Assembly: GCA_964016885.1 (NCBI GenBank)
Contig: OZ024740.1
Span: 172,050,001-172,114,000 of the forward strand
Reading direction: 5' to 3'
Source: Eledone cirrhosa
Lineage: Eukaryota
Length of the DNA stretch: 64,000 bases
Position numbers and translations under genes: made by a program. The notes below the pieces were generated by a model. It was not told where the DNA came from. It saw only the letters and a program-made list of their open reading frames with translations, and ran no database searches. This document shows, piece by piece, positions 12,620 through 28,365 of this stretch. Each line of letters starts with the position of its first letter. Within the stretch, counting starts at the first letter, position 1.

Positions 12620-14997
12620 ACATCTATTTATGAACGATACATAGATTTTAACATTTAAATACAGCGTTGTTATATTACATTCATGTAATCCATGGGAAAC
12701 GAATGACGGATTTAGCAAACTAACTAAATGGCTAAAAGAACTGGAACAGGAATACTGCCAGCATGTCCAGACAAAACAATATGACATAGATGGGTCAATA
12801 CTGGAAACAGCTCAGCAGAAAATGTCGAATAGGAAATCATCAGGCCCAGACCTCATAACAGGATACTGGCTGAAGAATTTCACCTTCTATCGGCAAAGGC
12901 ACGCAAGGACTGCCCCAATGGTTATTAACTGCTACTACTCTCCTCATCTCGCAAAATTTCCAGACCACCCTTGCTAAAAATTACCGCACAATAGCCAGCC
13001 AAAATATCATGTATAAATATCATAGGTGCCTTAATCTGTTCTTACAGGATCACTGTGCCACCAACAAAATTATAACATCTGAGCAAGCTGGTAGAAAGGA
13101 GGTGTGGGGCTACATAGATCACCTACTAACATGTAAAATGATACAGGAAAAAACAGCAAAGAATCACAGGAACATGACTGTGGTGTGGCTGCACTATCAG
13201 AAGGCTTTTGATAGTGTACCTCATTGGTGGGTTATTAAGGCTTTATATTTAGCCAAAGACCCACAACAACTAGTAGCTGCTGTTGAACGCCTGACCAAGA
13301 ACTGGTACACCAATTTGATCCTTAGGGGTGAGAAGGAGCAAATTAAGACTGATACAATACCAGAAAGGCATCTTTCAGGGTGATAGCTTATCAGTGCTGC
13401 TCTTCGTCCTCTCACTAAACTCACTATCATACCTGCTCACAAAACAAAGTGGTCATGGAAGTGGGTCCAGAAGTATCTACAATCTTTTCTTTGTTGATGA
13501 CCCGAAGTTGTAGGCGCCAAATATCAACTATAGTAAAAAACAATTGGACCTCATTACACGATTTTCTGCAGACATCAGAATGAAGTTTGGTGAGTTCAAA
13601 TGTGCATATTTGGCAGTAAAACGTGGAAGGGTTGTGCCCTCCTCTGGAAATCAAGATATGAGCGGCTTGACAATACAACCTCTATAGTCAGGTGACAACT
13701 ACAGATATCTTGGACAGGATGAGAATGTCAGATATGATCGACCCATAAATAAGGAGAGAACCAGAACTGAATACCTCAGGAGTAAAGAAAATATGGTCAT
13801 CAGAACTATCATCGTACAACAAATACATTGCACACAATACTTAGTCTGTGCCAATCCTAACGCCGACATTTGGTCCGCTGAACTGTTTATTGCAAGAACT
13901 AAGTGAGATGGATGTAAGAACTCGCAAGCTTCTCAGTGTTACTGGAAACTTTAACATCAATAGTGATGTGGATAGGCTATACTTCTCACACAAGGAAGGT
14001 GACCGGGGTCTAAACTCCATATTAACATCATAAGAGACTCGAATAGTAACACTGAAGCAACATCTTCAGCAGAGGAAAAAGGTCAGCAACATCTTGCCCA
14101 GGTCTATGAGCATGAAGAAAATAATTGTTTCTACTTTTGGCACAATGCCAGCAATTACCCAGTGTATTACTGGTACTTTATTTTATCGACCCCGTAAGGA
14201 TGAAAGAGCCGTAACTCTATGCGTCAAAGCATAGCGTCCGACCCTCTACCGATACTGCCAATGAAGAAAATAATATCATTAGGGTAGCCACTGACCTGGA
14301 GGAGAGATATGGAATAAGGTTTGATATAAATCTCTCTCCCAGGGACATTCGAAGATCCTATTGAATGTTCGAACACGATAAAAAAATCGACCAATTTACA
14401 GAGAAAGTTGTGCATGGGTACCTGAGACGAAAAACACAGACCATAGAGGGGATAAATGATCCCAAAAGCCTGGCATGGAGTTCCGACAAGTTTAAGACAT
14501 CCCGCCTTGAAGGATATCTCTATGCAATACAGGAACAAGAAATCCCTACCAAATATCTGCTACACAAAAGAGGAGGGCCATAAGTCGACAATAAATGTAG
14601 GCTATGTAAAACAAAGATCGAAGATTTTAGCCACATTGTTGCCAACTGTGAAAGAATGTCGTCTCGCTACTACCTCCTAATGAAACACGATGTGATAGCT
14701 AGAACCATCTGGAGCGCACTTAGGAAAACAAAATTAAAAACAAATGCGGAGGAATATGTTGAGATAGATGGCACTAAAGAATACTGGTGGAATCTGAAAA
14801 TTAAAAAAACTGCCGCCAAATTAAAGCACAACCGGCCTGATATTGTTGTTTGGAACCACACATTGAAAACGTGCTCTGTTGTAGAGATCAGCTGCCCACT
14901 TTATGTCAACGTTGTAAGAAAAATACAAGAGAAGGAAGATATCTTTTACAACCTTACCACCAGAGAGGTGGCCGATCAAAAATGTACTCGAAATTAA
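12620..14997 (+). mobile_element. Decayed R4/Dong-type non-LTR retrotransposon (RT + CCHC + restriction-like endonuclease)
   Basis: YQKAFDSVPH, GIFQGDSLS, LFFVDD, AIQEQEIPTK, CRLCK..HIVANC, KHD, HNRPDIVV..VEISCP across frameshifts and stops. Confidence 0.85.
14126..14260 (-). mobile_element. Main-family SINE nested in the R4/Dong LINE
   Basis: 14-bp target duplication atgaagaaaataat at 14112-14125 and 14261-14274. Confidence 0.9.
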
Positions 14998-15064
14998 GAG
15001 AAAGAAAGACATACATGTATGTATGATGCATACTTATAAACACATATTATTTGTATCACCCACT

Positions 15065-15300
15065 TATTCCAGGGAGAGTCGCGGAGGCAAAGTCCTCAAG
15101 CATGCCTTTCAGCGGATCTTGTCAGAAGCAACCGTCTCCAATTGATCCGGCTTGAGCCCGAAGCAAGACCAGCCGAGCTCATTGATGTTATCCAACCATT
15201 TTGCTTGGAGTTTACCGCTGGGCCTCCTTCCGGTTGTTCAACGATTCTTTCCTGAAACATTCTAACCACATGACCGTAATATTGTAGCTGCAATCGCTAA
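15065..15300 (-). mobile_element. RTE-type LINE 3' fragment
   Basis: LQYYGHVVRM motif typical of RTE C-termini. Confidence 0.55.
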
Positions 15301-15330
15301 ATTCGTGTTTCTCTCTTATATATATATATA

Positions 15331-15943
<613 letters not shown>

Positions 15944-16267
15944 CCGAGGGCCAGAATGTTTGTAGACCCGTAAAAAAGAAAACGAATATTTTCTAACACG
16001 AAATCATTAAAGCGAATACTCATGTCTGGATGTCATAAACTAAGAGAAACACGGTATAGTTTGTTTTCTTTTCGTCGTCAGTGGGTTTCCATACATAACA
16101 TTGACCTAAACAGAACGACCTGTGTCATGGATCCTTTCAAGAAGGGCTGGTTGTTAGACAATATGTGTCTGTATGATTGTCTGTATTGCTGCTCGTCTAA
16201 CTCCCCCTCCCGCATCACTGCCTATATCTTTCTTCACGCGCGCACTGTCTGTGTGTGTTTAAACATA

Positions 16268-16345
16268 CAGCGTGTCCCCAAAAAATGTATACACACTTCA
16301 ATAGTATTCTAATAAAAGTAGGTATACATTTTTTGGAACACCCTG
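16268..16345. mobile_element. 78-bp Tc1/mariner-type MITE
   Basis: TA|cagcgtgtccccaaaaaatgtatac...gtatacattttttggaacaccctg|TA. Confidence 0.75.
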
Positions 16346-16768
16346 TATATATGTATAAGTACGTGCGTGCGTGCGTGTGTGTGTGCGTGCGCGCGTGAAT
16401 GTTTGAATGTATATGCGTGCGTGTGTAACTATATTTATCTATCCACCCATCTAAATATGTAATGTACTTGTGTGTCCACCCACATATAAATGTATGTTTA
16501 CATATGCATGTTCAATTATATTTAAGGAGTTCAATTATATTTAAACACTTTGCCACTTGTTAGGTACAACCAAGTTGTAGTGCCGGATTAACCTTGTAGC
16601 ATTTGCTACGGGTTCTGCATTTTTAGGGGACCCGTGCTGAGTGCTTCATGTTATATTACTATATTGCCTTTAACCCTTCCGTTACCTTATTTCTAATGGG
16701 GTTTAATATAATTAACATTATTATTGAGTGCTTGGGATAAGTTAAAGTTTCTTACATAGAATTATAAT

Positions 16769-16948
16769 TGTTTCTACTTTTGGCACAAGGCCAGCAATTA
16801 TCCAGTGTATTACTGCTACTTTATTTTATAGACCCCGTAAGGATGAAAGGCAAAGTTAACCTCGGCGGGATTTGAACTCAGAATGGCAAGGGCCGTAACT
16901 CTATGCGTCAAAGCATGGCGTCCGACCCTCTACCGATACTGCCAATCC
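16769..16948 (-). mobile_element. Main-family SINE inserted in a piggyBac-like MITE remnant (ttaaccctt at 16670)
   Basis: Target duplication agaattataat at 16758-16768 and 16949-16959. Confidence 0.85.
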
Positions 16949-18963
16949 AGAATTATAATGGAAGGGTTTTAGATAAATCTAAACAGTCTTCAAATTCTTT
17001 TGTTTTTATAAAGTAGAATCACGGGCGGTTTCAGGACACTATCCGAAAAACCCTGTAATGGCGAAACTTGTGGGTTTTTCTGAATCAAGGGCTAACACAT
17101 CATCCACTTTTCTGGTAAGAGCCAATATAAAAGCATTTATGAGGTCAGTCCAATTAATCTCCCTTAAATCAGAACCTTGTAGTATCAGATAAGGATTCAT
17201 TGGATACAGTTGGCTATTCAGTTGGTCAACCAACTGGTAAACTCATCGTTGGTACTGATGAAGATCCTATACACACACTGCTTGTTAGAAACACTGTAAT
17301 TGGCGGGCTTGGATAACCAATTCCATTGCGGTGTTTAAATAAACACCTGAGCTGATATCCCAACGGTATTGACCTTCTGTAGAAGATAAATTAAGTAGAG
17401 ATGAAGTATTGATGAAATATCGACTGACTTAAGTTTATGGGGTTGTTCTTCTGCTAGGTATCATTTGAACGATACACCACCGATTTTCCAACACTTTTTC
17501 CTAAGAGATTATCTGTTTTGTGAGAGTCCTGGGTTCCCTAGACATAGTAAAATAATGGAGTGGCCACTGTTGGTTATGACTTTAAACATGGGTTTGTTCA
17601 ATCGGAGATGACCTGTGGCTTCACAACAGCACTATCAATATAACATTCCTTTATCGTGTTTGTTGAATACGCCCTTATCGCATAACCTTTCTTCTCGCAC
17701 GAATTATTGTTTTCGATAATGGCTTTTTAAAAAATATTTGTTATCCAGTGTATAGAAATAAAAATGTCTTATATGAGTTATTTCCCTTAGCTCATACTAT
17801 TATTACTTTTTTTTTTAATCACAGTATTCTATAAAAGTTGTCAAAACATCATGGTGTGGGCGGCGAAAGAAACTTTTTGTATCAGTGATTGATAGACATT
17901 ATAAACCAAATATAACCAGTACTTATAAACCAGCCACTTATTACTTATTACTTAAGATCTTACAGAAATCTGGACAAAGTAATTTGTATATATAACGCAT
18001 TCGATTAATTGTTTTGTCTTAATGCTATAACAACTGTATGTACTACAGAATATATTTATAGATGTTTTAACCAAAACTAAGTTGTGTGGATTCGCCCCTT
18101 TTTTTCTGACCAGGAAAATATTGTATCTACAGGCAACATGTTAACATCTGTCTATACATAGTGTTGGCTAAACTCTATAGATATATTTTGTAACGTAGTA
18201 TGCCATTGAAACAAAACTTAATTCATTAACGTAATAGAATTGTGTGTACATTGTCTAAACATACAAAGCATGGATATAAGTAGGATAAGATACACGAAAT
18301 TCCTATTATTTCAGTATTGGAAATTATCTAGACATTTATAATACTGATTCCTGTTTTATATTGAAATGATCCAATGTTTTTGTTGTTATTGTTGTTCGGC
18401 CCCATGTCAGCCCTGTTTAAGCAGACTAGCTGTATGGTTAAAAAAAACACCATCCTATTTTTTTTCCTCGCGACATATCAACGACTATCTGTATGATAGC
18501 GAATTTCTTCAATTTTTTTTTTAACGACAAAGTATGATTTTAAAATTTGATTGCTATTTCTAGCAGGTCGAAAAGCAGCGTAGAATCTTTTTCGCTGGCT
18601 AATCTTTTTATGTTATTTGTTTATACACAATGTGAAGTGATTAACGTCTCAAGTATACTTTAGTGCTTAACTCGTATGTATATATATATATTCTTTATCA
18701 ATAAGTATCTTACGTCGGAATGCTAAACAGAGTTAGACAATCATACACACACGCGTGTGTAATCTGTCTGTACATATACATATATAACTTTTTTTTTCAT
18801 ATTTGATAAAGATTAACATGCCAATCGAAATCAGTAATATTGAACAAAATTCAAATCCATTTAATATTAACAATTATAAAAATATTCATTCTATCAGATT
18901 AAAGGGGAAAAAATATTACAGACACACGTACATGTATATATGTTAGGCTCAGAAAGATTTAGC

Positions 18964-18996
<33 letters not shown>

Positions 18997-19090
18997 AATA
19001 CGGCTCGAGTATAAACTTTATGAAAGAAAAGTATACATCCTCCAGAAAGCGAAACGAAAAGATAAAAACATACAAGAGGGGAGGTGGGGT

Positions 19091-19129
<39 letters not shown>

Positions 19130-19529
19130 ACTTGAGCTTAAACTATATATATAAATGAATAGTGATTCAGAAATAGTAGTGCTGGTAGTCGTAGTAGTAG
19201 TAGTAGGAATTGTTATTGTTGCACTGGTTGGGTGGAGCAGGGATTTTAACGAGACTTAAATATCTTTGAATTACTTTTATAACTTTACCTTGCAATGGTT
19301 TAAAGAACATGTGTGTGTGTATGTTTACATGTGTATATGTCCCATAACTGGTCTGACATAAAGAGATGTACCAGATTGGATAAAAAAATAAGTACTGGGG
19401 TCCATAATAACTAAAAGAATACACATTATATATGGCAACGCATATATCTTATTTCGGACCAAAGATATCCATCGTTGGGTGAGCAGATTTTAGTGAGAGC
19501 GAAGGAAGAGGGTGGTTTGGTTTAGCCGA

Positions 19530-19810
19530 AGGGTGATGTACCTCTGTTGGTTCCGATGGCGATTGTCTTGTTTGATCAACAGAACAGAATGCTCGTGAAC
19601 TTAGCGTACATTTGGCTGAACATTCCAGACACATGAACCCTTAACACAATTGTCGGTGTGTGACAAAGCTGACCCTTTGAAATACAAGTACAACACCTTT
19701 TTTTTTCCTGGACTGGAACAACGTGAAATAAAGTGTCTTGTTCAAGGACAGTACGCGCCGACGGGAATTGAAATCACGTCCTTACGATCCTGAGCCGAAC
19801 ACGCCATCAG
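19530..19810 (-). mobile_element. Second SINE family, diverged copy
   Basis: Reverse-complement similarity to 33790-34085. Confidence 0.65.
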
Positions 19811-20102
19811 CCAAAATGAAGTAGAATCATAACAAACCAGCAAATGAACCAAATAAATGTGATTCTATTGAATGTTTTATCAATTGGATAGAATAGAGGT
19901 AATTCCCCTTTCCAGCAATTAAAAAAAAAAAATAAATAATGGAGTTTTGTGTATGTTATAAATATACTCGTGTGTAAAGTTTGTGTCGTTGACGATGTTG
20001 GTGGGTGGATACATGTTGCTATGCAAATATTATATCGTCACTAGTTGTGACATCATTCAAAATACCAGAACGTTTTACTCAAGATACATACAAAACACGC
20101 AT

Positions 20103-20175
<73 letters not shown>

Positions 20176-20186
20176 TATATAAATAT

Positions 20187-20365
20187 AGTTTTGCGAGGTT
20201 TTTTATATGAAATCGTGTGTCGAAACAGATATTGTTATATTTGGGGAGGGTCATATTTGCGTAATATTGCCAGAATTAATAACAGAACACACTCACAGTG
20301 AGTGTGTTCTGTTATTAATTCTGGCAATATTACGCAAATATGACCCTCCCCAAATATAACAATAT
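20187..20365. mobile_element. Family B perfect palindrome (68-bp arms, 1-nt loop) plus tail
   Basis: Arms 20229-20296 and 20298-20365. The arm matches the Penelope terminus 46323-46392; the tail matches 15346-15390. Confidence 0.9.
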
Positions 20366-21367
20366 ATATAAATATATATATACATATATATATAAATATA
20401 TATATAAATATATATATACATATATATATAAATATATATATAAATATATATATATACATATATATATAAATATATATATACATATATATATAAATATATA
20501 TATACATATATATATAAATATATATATAAATATATATATAAATATATATATATACATATATATATAAATATATATATACATATATATATAAATATATATA
20601 TACATATATATATAAATATATATATAAATATATATATACATATATATATAAATATATATATACATATATATATAAATATATATATACATATATATATAAA
20701 TATATATATACATATATATAAATATATATATACATACACATATAAATACATATATATATACATATACAAATACATATATATATACATATACATATATATA
20801 TACATAAACAAATATATATATACATATATATATATAAATATATATATATAAATATATATTTATATAAATATATATATATATTTATATAAATATATATCTA
20901 TTTATATAAATATATATAAATATATATATTTATATAAATATATATAAATATATATATTTATATAAATATATATAAATATATATATTTATATAAATATATA
21001 TAAATATATATACATATATATATAAATATATATATATATAAATATATATTTATATAAATATATCTATATACATATATATCTATCTATATATAAATATATC
21101 TATATACATATATATCTATATCTATATACATATATATCTATATCTATATACATATATATCTATATCTATATACATATATATCTATCTATATACATATATA
21201 TCTATATACATATATATATCTATCTATATACATATATATCTATCTATATACATATATATCTATCTAGATATATATATATCTATCTATCTATATATCTATC
21301 TATCTATATACATACATATCTATCTATATACATACATATCTATCTATATACATACATATATATATAT

Positions 21368-21404
<37 letters not shown>

Positions 21405-21432
21405 TTTATATAAATATATATAAATATATCTA

Positions 21433-21474
<42 letters not shown>

Positions 21475-21552
21475 TATCTATCTATATATATATATAAATA
21501 TATATAAATATATCTATCTATATATATATATAAATATATATAAATATATCTA

Positions 21553-21590
<38 letters not shown>

Positions 21591-21699
21591 TATCTATCTA
21601 TATATATATATCTATCTATATAAATATATCTATCTATATATATATATCTATCTATATAAATATATCTATCTATATATATATATCTATCTATCTATCTAT

Positions 21700-21751
<52 letters not shown>

Positions 21752-21766
21752 TTATATAAATATATA

Positions 21767-21850
<84 letters not shown>
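20366..21850. repeat. About 1.5-kb compound (TA)n microsatellite with higher-order TAAA/TACA/TCTA variants
   Basis: Seen directly. Confidence 0.95.
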
Positions 21851-21857
<7 letters not shown>

Positions 21858-21892
21858 CTTTGTTGAATAATCAACAAATTAAATAACTCATT

Positions 21893-21967
<75 letters not shown>

Positions 21968-22023
21968 TAAATAAATAAATAAATATAAATAGATAAATAA
22001 ATCTGAATAAATAAATAAATCTG

Positions 22024-22056
<33 letters not shown>

Positions 22057-22060
<4 letters not shown>

Positions 22061-22147
22061 GTCCGACGAGCTTTTGATTCCAGAGTCAGGATAGATCGAT
22101 ACAGATCGAACCGTGTGCTCATCGATAGCGAAACGCGCGTCACTACT

Positions 22148-22149
<2 letters not shown>
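22057..22149 (+). ncRNA. Stand-alone type I hammerhead-like cassette with extended stem II, flanked by (TA)n
   Basis: TGAG-GT CCGACGA GCT...AGC GAAAC GCGC GTC AC-ta-CTCA: stems I, II and III all pair; core has U4C. Confidence 0.65.
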
Positions 22150-22195
<46 letters not shown>

Positions 22196-24833
22196 CGTTT
22201 AGACAGCTTTGCAAATCGAATACAGCGACCGATAGACGGGCCGCAGAGACCATAGCGACGAAAATAACTGAACTGAGGAAGTGTGTGTGTAGAGAGGGGT
22301 GGGTAGGAGCCGTGGAGGCAAGATATGTAAAAGGCCCAGGCTTGAAGAGAAATGTAGACTGAATTCCATACAATTTATCACGTATTTTAGTAATCAGTGC
22401 TGAATGTATTCTATATGTGTGTATCAGTTGCGAGCTGAAATGGAATTGAAGAATTCTGGTTACGCTGGGGTTGGCAAGGAAATGGAAAGCCAGGGATCAC
22501 TTCTTACTGGTATATCCATGTATATTACACACGTACAAGATGTACTGACGTGTACACGAACAATTTTTTTTTTTAATACAAGGGTTTTATTTAAAAAAAA
22601 CAAAACATTTTTACCAATTAGTTAAATTATACTCCGAAATGAAGACAGCCTTCTCAGTAGAGTAAGCCCATGTATAGCCACTCTCACACACTACAGCCAG
22701 GTTTTACACAACATTACGTAAATAACGATGGTAGGATGGCAGAATCGTTAGAACGTCGGACAAAATACTTTACAGTGTTTCTGATTCTTTACGTGTAAGG
22801 TTCAAATACGGCCGATTGCAAGTTTTGCTTTTAATCCTTTCATGAATCAATAAAATAAAATACCTTTCAAGAACTGTGGTCGATATAATCAATTGTTCCC
22901 CCTCCTCCACTCATCACCCACCCCAAAAATTGAGGCTTTGTGCCTATGTAAGAATTCAATATTTATAACTAGGTGTGTTTGTATTAACGTGTGGAAACGT
23001 ACATATGTACATATTAGGTATGCATATAACCAACAGCTTGTTGATATATTTTATCAACAATTTGTAATTCAGTTCCGGCTTTTTGTTTTCATTTCTTTAC
23101 GGGTATACTTATGTGTATATTTCATATGGACGCCAGTATGATTGTTATAAAAGATCCAAAATAAAAAGTTCCAGACAGCGAAAGATAGACAGAGAGTTCA
23201 GTTAGAAATTGTCTATATATTTAATTGTTCGAAATACTGTTACTTTCAACGAAAATATTGTTTTCTTCGCACATGCCAGACATCAAAAGTAACCCTTTTG
23301 TTACATTGAAAAACACCAAGTATTTCAAAATATAACTTTCTTATTTATCAAGTTGGTGTCAGGAGCATAGTTTAATTAAATCTCTTATGGGAGAATTTTA
23401 GATAAATATAACATTTTAAAATAAAGTTGTTTTTTCAATTTTTATCTTTGACCCAGGGGCGGTCTCAAACCTTACAAACATTTCCAAAACTCCGGAAAAA
23501 CTTATATAAAAGGATATAATTACGGTTTAGTGACCCTACCCCTAATCAGTCCTCGTTTCCTCTTAAACTTATAAACAATGCAAATATTTTAATGAAAATT
23601 TAGAGATACTTTTCTATGATGTAGCTTACGATTACGATTATGTTGATAAAATAATTTAAAAAAAAATTAATTTGACTTTTAAAAAATACTTTTATTATTG
23701 TATTAACTTCCATTTAAATAATACTTTTATTTATTTACTGTAGCAGGTTTAACAAAACCACGGAATTTTTTTCAATTTTGTGTTAATGAATATCAATCAG
23801 GATGATGTCATTTTCTAAAGGAACGTACTTCTTCAATCATGAATTACCGAATGCAAAAAAAATTATTTTTATTTTTAATTTATTTTAACATTTCATAAAT
23901 ATAATCGTAATCTACATCTTTTAGAATCATGTATCTCTCCAAAACTTCATTAAAATATATTCATTATTAAGAAAAATACGAGGAAACAAATCGAAAGAGA
24001 GTACTAGGCTATCGTTAAAAGTTAAGAAATTTTAACAAGTTTTATTCACGTACATCATACCTACAAGTCTTAATCAGGATATAACGAAGGGGCCCTCTAT
24101 GTAGTCGCTCGACCTGCTAGCAATAACAGCCAAAATCTGCTTAATCGAGGCTGACATGAATAAAACTAAACATCGGCAACATGTGTTCGACGGTGGCACA
24201 ATGTGACAGATTTAGGACGCATGGATACTATCTGTTGAATGGACACCCAGTATTTATCGAACCAGATAGGGAGCTTCTACGTAATCAGTCACTCGGCTTG
24301 CTAGAAATAGCGGTCGAATCAATCTCTCAGATCATAACTTAATGTCTTAAAAAGGTATATTTAATACATCGTCACTTTACTTAAAAAAGTAAAGTGACGA
24401 TGTATTAAATATACCAAATCTAAAACACAAAAACAATACAACGGAGTGGTTGAGGATGGAATATCTTCAATGGTAGGCCTATTCGTACTGGGTTTATTTA
24501 GTTCATTGCCACCTGGCGAAACTTCAACTACGAAAGACACTAAGTACTTATAAATATGTTTATTAATTGATTTGCGTGTAGTTGGAGGACGGACAGCACT
24601 CAATGACCCTTGTCATAAACTACCCCCACCCAACAGCCCCCAGACATTCTCCGCACCTCCATTCTCTTCGCTGTCCAGCGAATGCCAATAAACACAGGCA
24701 CATTATACTCATAAAAATACATTTTTAAAATTGTCATAAATAAATACACACGTTTTATATATATACATATAAACAAGGCATATGTTTCATTCAAATACGA
24801 GAAGTAGCATTAAATTCCTGTAGAGAAATCGTC

Positions 24834-24834
<1 letters not shown>

Positions 24835-24869
<35 letters not shown>

Positions 24870-24895
24870 CACACACACACACACATACACACATA

Positions 24896-24927
<32 letters not shown>

Positions 24928-25041
24928 CATATATATATATACATATATATATAATATACACACACACACACACATACACACATATATATATATATATACA
25001 TATATATAAAATATACACACACACACACACATACACACACA

Positions 25042-25109
<68 letters not shown>

Positions 25110-25167
25110 TACACACATATATATATATATATATACATATATACATATATATATATATACATATAAT

Positions 25168-25244
<77 letters not shown>

Positions 25245-25493
25245 CATATAATACACACACACACACATATAATACACACACACACACATATATACATATA
25301 ATACACACACACACACACACACACATATACATATAATACACACACATATATATATATATACATGTATACACATATATATATACATATATACATATATATA
25401 TACATATATACATATATATATACATATATACATATATATATACATATATACATATACATATATATATACATATATATATATACATATATATAC

Positions 25494-25528
<35 letters not shown>

Positions 25529-25553
25529 CATATATATACATATATATATATAC

Positions 25554-25590
<37 letters not shown>

Positions 25591-25632
25591 CATATATATA
25601 CATATATATATACATATATATGTATATATATA
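24835..25632. repeat. Compound (TA)n/(CA)n microsatellite
   Basis: Seen directly. Confidence 0.95.
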
Positions 25633-25633
25633 T

Positions 25634-26163
25634 TGGTTGTCCATCGTAAACGATGATGACATCTTGATCGCCGCTAAAGAAGAAACGTGTGCGGGAAAGG
25701 TTTATAGTGGAGGGCCAGTGCACAGTGACGGTCCCACTCACTGGGCCGAAGAAGCCAGAATCTGGTGGTGCGGAGGACCGTCACGACCAGGGACCTCCTT
25801 GGCTGCAGTGGATGGCCACGACGTCTGTAGTGCCTTGCCGTGCCCTAGCGCTCCACACCGCTTGCTGTCGCGCCTTTGTGACCGTTAGGACGATGTCCTC
25901 CTTCACTCACTCCGCTGGGTCCAGTCTTCGTATGCAGGGGAAGGCATCACCTATCTAACTCACCGGGGGGGGGGGGGTCAGACCCGTCCGGCTACCCTCA
26001 ACCTGGTTCGGCCCGCCACTGTGTGGCCGCTATCGCATGCTACAGCTTCTTGGGGCCACAGGTGAGAGCTGAGTGTCAGGTGGGACCCATGCAGGACGAG
26101 CTGTTCTGAAAAGGGCATCGCTAGCCCTCCCCTACAGAGGTACATGCCCCTCCCTGACACCCC
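25634..26163 (-). mobile_element. GC-rich non-autonomous element, probably RTE-derived (5' UTR-like region joined to RTE-like 3' end)
   Basis: Sharp GC island between microsatellites. The minus-strand end gatgtcatcatcgtttacgatggacaacca resembles RTE 3' termini (from recall). No meaningful ORF. Confidence 0.5.
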
Positions 26164-26214
26164 AAGCATATACACACGTATATACATACGTACATATGTA
26201 CATGTGTATATACA

Positions 26215-26361
26215 TATTTACACATTTTTGGATGGCCGTTGACTCTTATCAGTTCTTCCGCCCTTTGTCAGGTCTTGTTTTTTGACCTGCAGGGTGACGA
26301 CCCGACCATGCGACAGGTTGTACTGGTTTACATGTTACCAGTAGCACTCAAGAGTGACCTG
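26215..26361 (-). mobile_element. (TATG)n-associated repeat family E, internally deleted copy
   Basis: Reverse complement of 34104-34300 (ggtcactcttga..tactggtaacatgtaa.ccagtacaacctgtc). Confidence 0.75.
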
Positions 26362-26444
26362 TATACATATATATATATATACACATATAATACACACACA
26401 TATATATATATATATATACACATATAATACACACACACACACAC

Positions 26445-26484
<40 letters not shown>

Positions 26485-26486
26485 AT

Positions 26487-26549
<63 letters not shown>

Positions 26550-26977
26550 ATACACACACACACATATATATATATATATAGATATAATACGCACACACAT
26601 ATATATACATACATATATATTTACATACATATATATATATACATACATACATACACATATATTTACATACATATATATTTACGTACATATATATATTTAC
26701 GTACATATATATATATTTACATACATATATATTTACATACATATATATTTACATACATTATATTTACATACATATATATTTACATACATATATATATTTA
26801 CATACATATATATTTACATACATATATATTTACATACATATATATTTACATACATATATATTTACATACATATATATATATTTACATACATATATATTTA
26901 CATACATATATATTTACATACATATATATTTACATACATATATATATACATACATACATATATACATACATACATAT

Positions 26978-27008
<31 letters not shown>

Positions 27009-27154
27009 CATACATACATATATATACACATACATATATATATACATACATATATATATATATATACATACATATATATATATATATATACATACATACA
27101 TATATATACACATACATATATATATACATACATATATATATATATATACATACA

Positions 27155-27186
<32 letters not shown>

Positions 27187-27333
27187 CATACATACATATA
27201 TATATACATACATACATATATATACATACATACATATATATATATACATACATATATACATACATATATATATACATACATACATATATATATATACATA
27301 CATATATACATACATATATATATACATACATAC

Positions 27334-27368
<35 letters not shown>

Positions 27369-27523
27369 CATCATATATATATACATACATACATACATAC
27401 ATATATACATACATATATATATATACATACATATATATATACATACATACATATATATATACATACATACATATATATATACATACATATATACATACAT
27501 ACATACATACATACATACATACA

Positions 27524-27555
<32 letters not shown>

Positions 27556-27807
27556 CATATATACATACATATACATATATACATATAATAAATGCCAAAA
27601 TTATGAGCACAAGTACATACATGTATACATATAATACATACATGTATACGTATAATACATACATGTATACACATAATACATGCATGTATACACATAATAC
27701 ATGCATGTATACACATAATACATGCATGTATACATATAATACATGCATGTATACATATAATACAGACATATATAGAATATATACATAATACATACACACA
27801 CACACAC
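26362..27807. repeat. Compound TA/TACA microsatellite including a 21-bp minisatellite (acatgcatgtatacacataat, about 27615-27762)
   Basis: Seen directly; translates as repeated MYTHNTC. Confidence 0.95.
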
Positions 27808-28213
27808 TGGTTGAATAAGCCGTGAAAATCGAAACTCAGTCTCTGACTATAAATATTTCTATGACTCAGTGTTTATGATCTAGACGAAATACAGTTTGTA
27901 TGTATTGTACATAGCACACTTTGTAAACTTAAACGTATTTATGTCTTCGAAACTACTGGCAATGCATTAATAAGTCAATATGTTAATACAGATACTCTTG
28001 TTGGTTGTTCATTATTCGTTCATATGTATCCACGCCTGCATGTTTAAATATATATGTTTGTGTGTGTGTTTGAACGTGTATGTCTTTTTCCTGTGTATGT
28101 GTTGTGTTTTGTTCAAACTTATGTTCACAGCCCTTTCAAAATCGAATTATTAATCACAACTCTGAAATAGCGTATTGATTCTACAAGTACCACCAACCAC
28201 CACCATCAGTAAA

Positions 28214-28243
28214 AATTTGTTATTTATAATTCCGTGATTTAAC

Positions 28244-28335
<92 letters not shown>

Positions 28336-28365
28336 GTTAAATCACGGAATTATAAAAAACAAATT
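28214..28365. repeat. 34-bp inverted repeat enclosing (TC)n(TA)n
   Basis: aatttgttatttataattccgtgatttaacaact versus agttgttaaatcacggaattataaaaaacaaatt. Confidence 0.85.

Noticed and set aside
17255-17300. CTGATGA...GAAACACTGTA motif
   Set aside because: Stems I and II do not pair convincingly
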